Positions 27,425 through 41,589 of a DNA stretch of 64,000 nt are shown piece after piece. Position 1 is the first letter of the stretch. Every line of letters begins with the position of its first letter. The translations under genes were made by a program, and so were the position numbers. The stretch covers positions 56,668,001 to 56,732,000 of the forward strand of contig OX597821.1 of the NCBI GenBank assembly GCA_951406725.2. Direction: 5' to 3'. The DNA comes from Octopus vulgaris. Lineage: Eukaryota. Under the pieces are notes generated by a model. The model saw only the letters and a list, made by a program, of their open reading frames with translations. It was not told the DNA's origin and searched no databases.

Positions 27425-30400
27425 GTAAGTTGTTGTCATTTCATTACATTTGAACGTGTTTCTATTTAAAGTTATCTACAGGTGAACGAATCTACAAGGA
27501 TGACTTTTATTGTAAATCTTTATTCTGCAAGTACCCTTGAAAAAGGTATAAACGTCACTCCCAAATACCGCCTTTTGTTATCGACAATTCACCTAAACGT
27601 CTATGTTCATCAAATTAATGGGAAGAATAAAAAAAAGCCTTGCATGTCTTTCCTTAGGTGGCTTCTGCTTTACGTTCTTAAATATCGTTGACAAAGCTGG
27701 CGAGGTTGCAGAATCGTTAGAGCGCCAGGCAAAATATTTGGCGACATTTCGTCCGTCTTCACGTTCCGAGTTAAAATGCAACTGAGGTCGACTTTGCCTT
27801 TCACCCTTTCTAGATCGATAAAATAAGTGCCAGTAGAACATTGTGATCGATGTAATCGGCTTATCCACCGCACTCCACTCATCATACCACACAAACTTGC
27901 TGGATTTGTGCCAAATATTGTTGACAAACACCGAGAAATAAAAAGTACAGCCATCCAATTTATTCACACCATAAACAGGGTCCAAAGTTATAGTTCATCA
28001 CCATTCCATATTGTAAATCCATTGTTGTGTTCCGCTTATGCTGGTTTTTACTCAGTGATATACAAGACAAGGCATAACTAGTTTTTACAATTTTTTTCAA
28101 TCTTTTGAATTTTTTAATGCTTTTAATATTTTTTAATTTTTAATTTTTTAATTCTAATTTTTAATCCTTAATTCTTTTAATATTTTAATTTTTTGAAACT
28201 TTTTTTAACTTAATTCAAAGCTATATTTCGCTTTCATTTTTATTTAATTTTTTATTTGGTCTTATTTTTAACCTCACATTTTTCCTTCTATTTCTATTTA
28301 CTATCCACTCTTACCTGCCCTATAGTTACTGCTAAGTTTTCATTCATTTTTTTTTTTTTTCGAATACAATTCACTCCCAATGTGAGATGGTCCGAATGAC
28401 CAAATATTAAAGATTTAAGTTGACCATGAGAGTGAGTGGCCGGTGTGAAATTTCAATACAATAGTAAATGACCTGAAGACAGTTGTTTCTTTTCTGTTAT
28501 TCTTTTTCTTGTTTTTGTCATCTGACTGAACACACGATGGAACACCGCCTTGTGGGGTTTCAGACGATCAAGAATTTATTTTTTAAGGATTGTACTTCTG
28601 ATTTGCAGAACCGCTTAGTTACGGGGACGTAAACACACCGACACCGGTTGTCAAGCGGTGACGTGGGGGACAAACATAGACAAACACACGCACACATACA
28701 CGCATACACGAAAACACAGATGAACGCACTTCCACGTCCACTCGTTCACATACCTATCAGACTGCTTCAGACTGCTCCAACTCACTATTGACCATTCCAT
28801 CTAAACTCACATGCTAAAACACACATACATACACACGCACTGCCACACCCACCCATACACACACCTGTGACTATAGCAGCTGATATCTCACTACGACATT
28901 ACAAACGCAGTTACCGCCACACGCACACATGCTATCACGCAACACACACACACACACTCAGTTACTACCTCACACACATACACACGCTACCATACACGCA
29001 TACGCTATCACACACACACACAAACATGCCACCATACACGGGTGCAGGCACACACACATATGCACACATATACCAACCATTCCTCATACGCACCTGTCCC
29101 AGAAAGCACTTTCTCTTTGTCCTTCTAATTCCGGTCATTTCAAAAATATAACTACGCGTCGACTATCGTCGATTTTTTCTCTCCTTCTTCCTTTTCCTTT
29201 GGACTTTCCTATACTTCCTGTTTCCGAAGAAGAGATATGCTCGGAACATAAAGCAATCACTCTTTTCCTTCTGTGATCCCCTTATTAATACTGTACATGT
29301 GCTACGTCCTCACGTTATTGCTTTTTATTGTTGCTTTTTCTCCGTTTTTTTAATTCATTATATATATAAGATATATATGGAAATAAGAAGTGTATTTCCT
29401 CGCAGAAAAAATGTAGCAGAATTTATACGAAGGTCTTCTTTGAGTTTCCGTCCGCCAAATCATTTCACAAGGCTTTGGTCGACCCGAGGCTATATAAGAA
29501 GACACCTGCCCAAGGTACCGCGCAATGAAACTGAACCCAGAACCATGCCGTTGGGCAACAACCTTCTTACCACACAGCCATTCCTGCACCAAGCAAATGT
29601 TTTTGTGAGATGAACCAATTATAAAACCTATCTTTATGAGTATCCCTTCCTCAAATTCGGCCATCCTGTTTCCCTCCTTCTATCGAATGCCTCCCTTCCT
29701 CTAATCTTTCTCATCTGTCATTGTTTGAGGTAGATCCATTTGGTTTCCTTTGACGTTTTCTAATCTAGGATGAATGTTAGGTTCAGCACTTTGAGCCAGA
29801 GACAGGATGACAATCCATACAGTGGAAACACTCCTCCTCATTTGTTCCAACGAAGACCAAAGTATTTTCATTTGCAGGAAAGGTGATGGCCTCAGCTTTT
29901 TAGGATGCAAAAATCATTGTGTTTATTGAATATCTCCAAAATTTCCATGCCATCGATGGAGAGTACTATGCCAGTTTGCTGAGGCAGTTGCGAAAGGATG
30001 TCAATACCAAACACCCAGGGAAACTGCTTCAGGACACAAGTCCTTGGCTTCAATGGCTGTTGTGCGTAACTGTGGCTTTAAACTGGTTGATTACCCTCCC
30101 TGTTCTCCTGATTTGGCCCCATTTGTTCACCAACAGGAAAAAACACTTGGCTGGGAACCACTATGGCAGTGAGGATGACATCATATCTGCTGTTAATGAG
30201 GGTTTTTTTACCAACAGGATGAAAGCTTCTTCACCAATATGATCGAAGCACTGCAACACCGATGGAAGAAGTGTGTGGAGCTCAAGGGTTGAAAAACAAA
30301 CCTCATCTGGGCACATTCAATGACTGTAACTTTTGGACTTATGAACTTTTTAACCGCCTTTCGAATACTGTATCTTTCATTCATTTACTAACAATTCTTA

Positions 30401-30433
30401 AAATTAATTATTTTTCTTTTTCATATTTTTAAG

Positions 30434-30548
30434 TGTCCGGACTTGTTGACAAGCTTCGTGGATTAGATTTATCTGCAGGTTGTGTAAATGTATGCGAGAC
30501 ACTTGTCGATGGAATATGGGAATTTCTCTGTTCTGGAGCCTGCCGCAT
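30434..30548 (+). CDS. Paralog B coding exon 2: LSGLVDKLRGLDLSAGCVNVCETLVDGIWEFLCSGACR
   Basis: Acceptor tttttaAG ending 30433, donor GTGAGT at 30549; 115 nt; no indels or stops despite about 32 substitutions versus paralog A; all four Cys kept. Confidence 0.85.
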
Positions 30549-31209
30549 GTGAGTAAAATCATTTACAAGCATTACACTTTTTCTATTATTACTAATATAT
30601 ATATATATCAACCGAAATGAAGGGAAAGCTAATGAATTAAAGTTTCCTTCAAAAATTCCGAAATTTCCAAAATAATCGGTAATTAGAATTAGAGTACAAT
30701 GGCTGACATTTCTTTTGGAGACTGTTGAAGTTAATTCGCAATGGCTTAAATGCTGTAGCATATTTGGTATAAAGGTGTAGAAGATTGGATGTTTAACAAC
30801 TTTATCATTGGGTAACACGCAAATACGGAAGCACAACGTTGAGATGGCAGAAGAGGAGATAATAATATACCGACAGAAAGGTATCAGTATTTGATGGAAT
30901 TTGTGATCTCCTGTTTTGGCTTTTTTTTGTAATATTCTGCCTCTGAGACAGACATAGGTAAATACTAATGGTGCTTTTTCAAATTTATTATTTTCTGTCT
31001 TCGTCAATATAACTGATGGTAATGGTTGTTGAATATAATTATTTAACTTCAACTTCGAAATGCTTCTCAGAAAGAATATTAAATGAAATTCTGTTGAATA
31101 AAATGTTTTCATGCAATGATAGCTTTAAATCATTTCGATATCATTTCATTAATTATATTTGATTTATTTAAAACTGGTTTTATTATTACATTTTCGTTTG
31201 TCATTACAG

Positions 31210-31225
31210 TGTACTTGGTCATTAA
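31210..31225 (+). CDS. Paralog B coding exon 3 (IVLGH*)
   Basis: Acceptor cattacAG ending 31209; stop TAA 31223-31225; downstream AATAAA at 31345-31350. Confidence 0.72.
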
Positions 31226-32426
31226 TCCGGTATGTAAATATTCCCGAAGTATCGAAGATAAGGAATGAGAATTTATTCGTTTTCTAACGTCAGCATTGTT
31301 ATTTGAATATGACTATTATAAATATTTTCACTCTCTACCTCTGAAATAAACTTTGAAAAACAGTTGAACATGTTTCAGTGATCATTAGTATTTTCTTACA
31401 ATTCAAAATCTGTTTATAATAAAAAAATTATTGTTTCATGTTTCAAAATTTGACTTAACGGGAGAGAAGATTTTATTAATCATTGACCCGAAACTTAACC
31501 CTGAAAAATTTATTTTTCCCTGTAGCAATCTATTAGGCAGACACACGCACACACATGCACACGCACGTACACACACATACACATACATACATACACGCAC
31601 ACATACAAACATGCACACTAATACACGCATGATATATATAGGTACAGGCATGGCTGTGGTTAAGAAATTCGCTTAGGAACCACTTGGTTTGGGGTTCAGT
31701 CCGACTGTATCTTCTGCATAATTCCGGCCGACCAATGTATTCTTAGTGAATTTGACAGAGGGAAATTGTGCGGAAGTTTACTGTAAATATTTATATAGGC
31801 ATGTATTACCCCTCCAACTACTCTCCAAATGTTGTTGGTTTGTTTAAATTAGCGGTACCGCAAAAGAATGCGATTGAACGAGTGTCAGTAGTGGGGGTCA
31901 TTTCTTTGACTATACGATTCAAAGCACACGTATACATCGCAAGCACTATAACACGAACAGCATGCATACCAACACTTGCAAACACATTCATTGCTAGCAA
32001 TATGCATAAAATTGCAATGGTTAGAAGATGCCAGCGCCCTTCAGCTGCTTATGCTCCAACGCTCGAAAATAGCTGATGTCGTTCACAATACTCACCCACG
32101 AGTATTCAATTCAAATGCACTTATCCAAATGCACATAAATGTGCAACTACCAACCCAAAATTAGACACTACACCGACTCACTGGTGTACATGCACATGAC
32201 CATGTACGAGCCTCTCACTCACTCAGTCCCGCATTTAGCTGCCCTCGTCTCGCTCACGTACATAGATGTATCCTCATCAGATTTTCTTTCCTAGTATTTT
32301 TACAATTATACTCTGGCTTAATTTTCAGCTACAATTCTGACCTTTCTTGCATACTGTTTATTTAATTTTTGTTTTATTTCTCATCTTCTTGGACTCGCGG
32401 ACGTTTGCAACATACACTTGTACAGT

Positions 32427-32850
32427 CAATAATAAATCTCAGAGTGAGTTATAAACAGTAGCTACAACACATCGTGACGTATATTTGCCATTCAATTATG
32501 GCTAACCCCACAGGGTGGATGCTACTGTAGTTTGTAGCCCCAGGAGGACACCTCCTCCAGCTGGCTATAGACACACTTTCTGTGCCCTGTCAGTATTTGC
32601 AAAGGGAAAGCCATCCTTCCCGTCTCCAACTTATGATACACACGGACTCGAGTTTCTGAGTATTGACCCGTCATCGGCGTGTGACAATCACAGTTGTCGA
32701 TGAGAAGTAGGTTCCCTTCACAAATACTTATACCTTTTTCCAGTATCGATAGACACTGATATCGAAAAAGTGTAAACAAGCAATAATAAATCTCAGAGCG
32801 AGTTATAAACAGTAGCTACAACACATCGTGACGTAATGGCAAATATACGT
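32427..32850. mobile_element. Copy-B-specific small element with ~53-bp direct terminal repeats, internal hammerhead-like motif and flanking 12-bp direct repeat
   Basis: caataataaatctcagag..cgtgacgta at 32427 and 32781; cacttgtacagt on both sides; empty site in copy A at ~10500. Confidence 0.75.
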
Positions 32851-34563
32851 CACTTGTACAGTATTTTGTGTATAAGGTAGCACTGCACTGCGTACGAAAG
32901 CATTTTCTGATAGTACAATACAATTTAACCAAAAATCTTAGTCCTCCATTCACACTTTTCCTAATGCATGCTCCTTTATGCACTTTACATATGCAATTCC
33001 TGCACTATTCTCATCATTTTGTTCAATTCACAATGAAGGGATTTTAAACTAGTGGGAAAGTCATTTAGCAATGAAATCATTGTATCTAATGTCACGATTC
33101 ACTAGAATATTACCCATGTGATCGAAACAAAACTGACCATTCGCGACTTCGCGTGGAATAGACTCAAACAACAATTTCATCTTTTGGCGCACTTCTTCCT
33201 GATCCGACTTAGAGACGAGACGGCAAACAGACAGTGTAGAGACGCAGACGACAGCTGACCCAAATTGACAGAAGCTGAACAATGAAAGGATGGTGACAGC
33301 AACACCAGCGCCGGTTAACCCCACTTTGACTGCTACTACAGTCACACCAAACCAATAATAATTATCTCAAAACTCTATCGTTGTTTTGTCGTTCGTAACA
33401 AGAACAACGTTTTAAGTAAAGAATAAACATTTTCTTGATCAAAATTTTCGGAGAACAAAATGAAAATCAGTATTTTTATGTACAACATCAAAGGCCACTA
33501 AAAACAACTTCTGCCCTCCAATGCGGATATTTGATGTTATCCATATCTTTAATATTCTCTCTTGGAAATTATATGAATTCCATGGTATCATATTAGCTTG
33601 CCCCTCATAATATAAAACCTTAAGAATGGTGACGAAAATTTCAAGCAAAAGTTCCGTAGTAAAAAGTCAGCTGTCTACTGTATGATTTTACATCAGTTCA
33701 CTTATATCACAGTGTTACAATAAACGCATGAATTGCACAACGTCTCATTTCTCCCCTCTCAGTCGATTTTTTTCATCATGTCAAAAAGGAGAAAAATTAT
33801 ACATGGTACAAAAAAAATAGAAATACAATGAGGTAAAATAAGCATCTTTAAAATTTTATTTATGACTCAGTTGATTTGATCGACTGCGCAGCATTTTCTT
33901 TGTAAACTCTAATATTGTCCTAGCCAATCTAATTTAGGAAAAGCAAATGTAAACTTTGTTTAGTGAAAGGAAGTTGTAGGCGAAATACACCAAGTTGTCC
34001 AGGGGAGAGAACTCTATAAATGATAATTATCTCCCTTGAGTCTTATTAATTACATTTTTTTCTGATATTAGCTATCAAATATTACAAGCGATAATATTTA
34101 TTCTACAAAGTTCTGTAAATTATTCCTTATACTCGTAAGAAAGAAGAATTTATGAAGATAATGAAAGCTGACTTCAAATACAATGTCAGTGAAATCCTTC
34201 TGTTGAATTAAAAATACTGTTTGTCAAAGTTTGTAAAACATGCTGGCAAAAGTAGCAAACGATGCAAGTTTGTAATTCGTACTAATATAGTTTCAAAACA
34301 AAGACACATATGTTACATAATATAATATAACATATAACATGATATAATATAATGTAATATAATATAATAATCAGGCTCTCATTAAAAGACACATGCACAC
34401 AAACATACCTATGTTGTTAAGAAGTACGCTTGGCAACCACATGGTTTCGGGTTCAAGTTCCATACCACAGCATCTTGAGCAAACGTCTCTCTCTATGCCC
34501 TACGCACGACTAATACCTTCAGAGATTACGTGGTAAACAGAAACTGCACTAAATCCTGTTGTA

Positions 34564-34626
<63 letters not shown>

Positions 34627-34670
34627 TTATTTGCCTGTCTGTCTGTCTATCTGTCTGCCCATCTAGGTAG

Positions 34671-34742
<72 letters not shown>

Positions 34743-35364
34743 TTACCTGTCTGTCTATCTATTTATGTTTGTGTTTATCTCTCACCGCTTGGCGACCAGT
34801 GTTACATTGTTTATGTTTCCGTAACTTAGCGGACTAGAGAAAAGAGAGCGATAAAACAATGCACCAGATAGAAAATAAGTACTGGTCTGTATATGATCGA
34901 TTAATGTTTTGAACGTAGTATCCCTACATGGCCCCAGTCCCATTGCCGAAACAAGTAAAGGGAATAAAGCATGATATAAATGAGTATAGGCGCGTATAAG
35001 AGAGTGTCAAATGCACATGTTTCTCTTCAGACGATTAAATCGTTTACGTTTGTTAATCGTTACAAAACAGATTAGTCTGCCTGGAGTCTACTGTCACACG
35101 AGACTGAAACTTATATGGATAATCGAGACATCTAGACAACCAGCAATGCAACACTCACTCCTGATTAAGAGGCATATTTGTCGGTCATCCATTTCATTTA
35201 CGCCATATGGAGGAGCTTGAATATTGTACCTTTCTCAAGGAATCAGCAAACTGCCTGGTTTGAGAATCGAACCAATCACCTAATGATTGTGAGACCAACA
35301 CTCTACACATTAGGCCACGTACTTCCACTTAAAGCAGTGAGAATTTAGCGTCACGGCGCAACTA

Positions 35365-35748
35365 GGAGCACTCCGTCGGTTGCGACGATGAGGGTCCCAG
35401 CTGATACGATCAACGGAACAGCTTGCTCGTGATATTAACGTGCAAGTGGCTGAGCACTCCACAGACACGTGTACCCTTAACGTAGTTATCGAGGAGATTC
35501 AGCGAGACATACAGAATGTGACAAGGCTGGCCCTTTGAAATACAGGTACAACAGAAACAGGAAGAAAGAGCGAGAGAAAGTTGTGGTGAAAGAGTACAGC
35601 AGGGTTCATCAACACTCCCTGCCGGAGCCTCGTGGAGCTTTAGGTGTTTCCGCTCAATAAACACTCACAATGCCCGGTCTGGGAATCGAAACCGCGATCC
35701 TCCGACCGCGAGTCCGTTGCCCTAACCACTGGGCCATTGTGCCTCCAC
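35365..35748 (-). mobile_element. tRNA-derived SINE with 13-bp target-site duplication
   Basis: cacggcgcaacta at 35352-35364 and 35749-35761; minus-strand head ggaggcacaatggcccagtggttaggg...ggtttcgattccc; absent at the homologous site in copy A (~17010). Confidence 0.85.
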
Positions 35749-36847
35749 CACGGCGCAACTATCTCACATAAGAAATGAAAACCAATGAAACGCCAATGTT
35801 TGAAATATACGCATAGGGAATTTTACTTTAAAGATGTTACTGCACTTTATAAGTAATTCAATAACGAAGAATGTTGTTTCCAAAAATGTATTTAAGTGCT
35901 TTGCATTAGAATAAAATAATCGTTCTTTCTTGTCGTAAAAAATCGAATTTCTTTATATCTGTTGTGTATGTATGCATGCGTAAGATGGCAGATGTTTCAC
36001 TAGGAGAATAAAACGCAAGTCTTTGAACACATCTTTCTACATCCTCAGCGCTTCACCGATTAAAGCAACCTAAAACTAAAAGTAAGTGTTCTACTCCCAG
36101 CATTTCAAAGTGTCTATAATAAAATCCCTCCATTTATGACTTTAAAATGAGCACGAGTATGACTCAAAAGTTTATGACTCAAGTTTGACAAATGGTCAGT
36201 TTTCTGGATGTTTGAACCAGTCGTTCACCTCTACAAAATTTGTCTTTCAAAATAATGTAAATTTTCCTCTCTGTTGTGTTCGTATTGAATTTTTTTTTAT
36301 GTAGAATATTTCGGGAAAATATATAGTTTTAAAGTGTGTATATATATTTTTCTATACAAGATGCATCATGGCAAACATTCTTTAATTAAAACAGATTTGC
36401 AATAATGGTAATGTTTATAGTCATTCTGTTAACAAGTGATGGCGTAATAGTTATATAACTCCCACTGATATACGAAAACGGTTTTGCCCTCTGTATGTGG
36501 CTGTCATCCTCTATATAGGATGCAGATTGCACATTTCAACTGATTATACTCAAGTGATAAATATTAATTACCAGTATATCTAGAATTAAGGCAATTTATT
36601 CATTAGGAATTTAATTCATTAGTAATTTAATTCATTAAAACTAATCATTATACGAATAAATTTTTATTTCTATTGTTATGTACATACGCGTTGTAATTAC
36701 TTCTCCCTTTGCCGATAAGTGTTCTACATCTAAAACCATTTTTCCGAATCTTAAATTGATTTGGAAGGTAAATTTACGACCCAACTTTTATTATCCGCTT
36801 TGCCATTATCCCAATTTCATTTCTCACATAGATACATATATATCTAT

Positions 36848-36947
<100 letters not shown>

Positions 36948-38023
36948 GACACACATACACACACACAGAAACACACGCCACAAAACACACTCACACACAC
37001 AATACATACACGCACTTTAGTATTCTTTACTTCCTTCTTTTCTCTTTTTTCTCTCTTTTCTCTTAACATCATCTCAGTATTTCTCTCTTTTCCCCTCTCT
37101 ATCCTCTCTGGCTGATATTCATATTTGTTTTATTGTTTGTTGTTACATCACTTCATTTTTGTACATTTTTCATGAAAATGTATATAAAAGAGTACACCAC
37201 AACTAAAATATTGTATTCTTTGCATAAATACCAAAAAAAATGGACATCTGCAATCGGCTCGTTGTAACACGGGCATACCAACGCATAAGAATATCAATGC
37301 TTTCTGCGTTTTCTATTATCTAATGGGGTTTGGACTTGGAAATTTACCATATCCTTCGATATGCTGATTAAAGTTTAATGAAGGAGTTTACCGTAACCTA
37401 AACTCAATGGACTCGTGCCGGACATCTTAGCTCACTATTACAAAAATAATTCAAACCTAGTGAATTCTAGCGATAGATAATCACGACAGCATCAATATGG
37501 AGAAACAATACCTACACGTCTCTCTCATGGAGGTACCAACGCTTACCAAGCAACAGTATCTTCAGTTGTTGCTATTTTGAGTATGAGATGGTGATTATGA
37601 AAGATGAAGAATCAGTCGTAAGACCAAAAGAATAATGGTCTCTATGGCTTAACTACCTACAAGAATCTTCCCCATAACCTACAAGTGGAGAACTTCAAAA
37701 GTTTAATGGTAGATCTATTGAATATTTGGTAGAACTTCTGATGAAGTGGAAAATAAATAACTTAATGAGTGAATGTAAAAGTTTCATGTAGACAGGTCAA
37801 ATGAAACGTTATGCCAGGTAATATTCGATTTTCTATTTCGTGCATTTCTATTCAAATACAGTTTATTATTAGATTGGCAAGTCTCTTGATCTGAGCTGGT
37901 GCTTTAAAATAAAAACAACTACATTAATGAAAAGCCATATCACTTTCTAAATTTGGTCAAATATTAATTTCACTTCAGTTAGTTTATTAATGGAACTATA
38001 CATATATGTGTGTATGTGTGTAT

Positions 38024-38113
<90 letters not shown>

Positions 38114-38516
38114 CAATGAAAAGAAGAAGACAACAAAATTCTTTAACAAAGCTTTAATCATAAGTTGCACATATTTCCGTACCATCTCCTTTTGCAACGC
38201 CAGATTACGCGAAAATTCTAAAAGAAAAATTAATTAATATATCCGGTTTTATGTATTGGAGGGGCACTTCCTCAGACTGGCCTCAAAGACATGCTGTTAC
38301 ATTGTCCGTCTAAACAGACGTTGTTGTAATGAAAGAATCGGGTGAGAAAAAAAGGATAAAAATTAAAAGCATGTGTGTGGGATGGGGCTGAGTGGATGAA
38401 ATTATGTGGGGTGAGGGAATCGAGGGGATGGGGTATAACGATAGGAGGGAGAAAGATAAGGAGGGGAGAAAAAAGAATACAAGGCGAAAGAGTAGAACCA
38501 GAAGAAGGAGGAGGGG

Positions 38517-38648
38517 AAGAAGAAGAAGAAGAAGAAGAAGAAGAAGAAGAAGAAGAAGAAGAAGAAGAAGAAAAAGAAGAAGAAGAAGAAGAAGAAGAAG
38601 AAGAAGAAGAAGAAGAAGAAGAAGAAGAAGAAGAAGAAGAAGAAGAAG
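38517..38648 (+). repeat. (GAA)n microsatellite
   Basis: Near-pure GAA run; explains poly-E/R/S/L pseudo-ORFs. Confidence 0.95.
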
Positions 38649-38996
38649 CTGACGGTGTGTCAACCAGTACTGACAGGGCCATTTTTATCAAGATTCATAC
38701 GTTGGAAAGCGATGTATTTAACCACATAACGACATTAGTCTGTGACAACTTAAAGTGAAAAGATCTATTACATAGATAACTAGACGATTGCCTCGAGTCA
38801 TAGGATGAGGATGTTAAAGATGAGGGATGTGGGGAGTCCTTAGAATGTTTCAGCAGTAGCAGAGATGTAGAAATAGTAATAGTAAAAGACGAACATGCAT
38901 ACAGAAATGTACATATAGATACACACACACGAAATGTACAGAGGTACACACACATTCAAGAGGGTGAAAACACACCAACCCACACATACACATACA

Positions 38997-39049
<53 letters not shown>

Positions 39050-39703
39050 AATTAGTGGTAAAATAATTAAAGATTGGACAGGGTAATTCTAAAATATATA
39101 CAATTATACAGGTAAGATTAAAATGAAAAAAAATGTAAGTACAGGTGAAACACATGTATCTCTATCCTTACATACCTGTACCTACATATACATGTACCCA
39201 CTCATATATCCAAGTACATGCACGTATACAAATAAACACCAACACATACATACACACACAGAAGCACATATACTTTACATATATACACACACGTACATAC
39301 ATACTTGCATACAGCCGTAGGTATACTTACACAAACACTTAGACCCATACACACAGACCTATACACAAATGTATATGTTTACACACACACACATATATAT
39401 ATACCTATGAGTACATATCCACATAAATATACACATATACATAGATACATACACGTATATATACTCCGTGGGGACGCATAACACACTTGAACATACATGG
39501 AGAGGGACAACTACATGATCGTATAGGTATATCAGTTCATCCATACAGACACGTGTATAGGTACATACACACATACATATATATGTACGTGTGTGCGTGT
39601 ACATGCATATACATATCCATATACATATATTCATATACACACATACATACATAAATATATACACATGAACATGCACACTTACAAATATATACATATATAT
39701 ATA

Positions 39704-39782
<79 letters not shown>

Positions 39783-40004
39783 ATATAAAACTTACTTGGA
39801 AGAGGATGAGGGCATACCGTTGGCGACTTTTTTTCCTCCGTCTTCCTTTCTTTGGATCTTTCCTTTTCCTATGTTTCTGACGAAGAGCTCCGCTCGAAAC
39901 GTTAATCCCTCCTTCTTTCCCTCTTTCCTGAGCGTCCAATAATACTATACTTGTTCCACGTCCTCGCGTTGCTGTGTTTTCTCTTTGTGTTTTCATGTTT
40001 GGAT

Positions 40005-40060
<56 letters not shown>

Positions 40061-41528
40061 TATGTGGACACAGGACGTCACGAAACAAGTACAATAAAAA
40101 GTACGAAGCACGAGAACATGGAACATGAACTATTCCTTCAAACAACGAAAGATACAAATGGAAAACATAACAAACAACATAAAGAACGACCCTTCATCTA
40201 TCCTTGGCTGTATTTCTAGTTTCGTTTTTCGAGCACTTAACAATATATGCTTTCGATAAAACAATTGCTCCTGCAAAGCAAATTAAATAAAATTTGTGAT
40301 TTTGCGGAGGGTCAAAATAGGTAACAGAAACAGGACAATAAAAGAAACAGGAAGGGCTGCTATGCCTAAACGAGGTTGTAGTGGCGAACGCGTAAATCAA
40401 GCTAGGGCAGGAGACAAACAAGAACACGTCTTCCTTGTTCCAGCTACAACGGAGAGAAAGAAAGATGGCCGAATGGTCACGTGGGAGCCACTTGAGCAAG
40501 GGAAGAAGAGTGGAAGAGAGAGAGAGAGGGCGACCGTGTAATAGGATAAAATAGTGGGAGAAGAGAAAGTAAAAGAATAAGAGAGAGAAAAAGAGAAAAC
40601 CGAAAGAGTAAAAAGATTGAATAGAGTGTGCATCAGAATTATTACGATAAAACGCATATACATACACATATACTTATATACATACAGAATCGGAGGGGCG
40701 ATGCATACTCTGCGTGCGGATGAATTTGTTCGCAGATTATAGTGTGGCTTACAATGCGTTGCTTACACATGCTTTTTAATTGAACTAAATTATTACTTTT
40801 CTTTAACTACCACCATTATAAATATTTATCTTCCGGTGAAATTAAGAAATCAGCTCGTAAATAAATGAAACAGGCAGACGAGAATCGATTCATATGAAAA
40901 AGAAAGTGAACAAAATAATATGATTGACTTTTTTATTGGGAAATTTTTAAGTTCGAGTCCCTTTTTTTTTTAAGATGATCAGACCAAATGTTCAATGAGT
41001 ATTTCTGCCAAATGTGGTGAAAATCCGTTCAGCCGTTTTCCAGAAATTTTGCAAGCACACAAAGACGAGTGATTACAATACCCTGCTTTCCCTTACGCGC
41101 GCAGGATAATAAAAAAATTCTTCTCATATACGCAATAAAATAAAATATAGAAGGATTAAAGAATAAGGAATAAAAAAATAAATGAATGAAATATAATATA
41201 CTACACCGATAAGAAGACACTTTTAAATAAAACTATAAAATTTACATGCGATCAGAACAGAACAAAAAAAAGACAATCAGATATTTATAATGACCTTTTT
41301 ATTTCACCAAAGCAATTAATTTAGGATATCCATCCATCCATCCATCCGTCCATACAAACATACATACTTACATACATATATATATATATACATATATAAA
41401 TACATACATACATATATACATGCATACATGCATGCATACATACATACATATATACATGCATACATGCATGCATACATGCATGCATACATACATACATACA
41501 TACATACATACATACATACATACATACA

Positions 41529-41562
<34 letters not shown>

Positions 41563-41589
41563 CATACATATATACATACATACATACAT

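Noticed and set aside
30429-31112. 227-aa minus-strand ORF
   Set aside because: Antisense to exon 2 and intron 2 of paralog B, no recognisable motif, and no equivalent ORF at the homologous region of copy A.
35690-35748. tRNA-like sequences (also ~43000-43105 and 4736-4800)
   Set aside because: They are SINE heads joined to SINE bodies, one with a TSD; not standalone tRNA genes.
38272-38758. Poly-S/L/E/R ORFs
   Set aside because: Translations of a (GAA)n microsatellite.
41215-41315. Short match to ~9700-9800 suggesting a third duplication unit
   Set aside because: About 100 bp of diverged similarity, out of collinear order, with no peptide exons nearby; more likely a dispersed repeat fragment.
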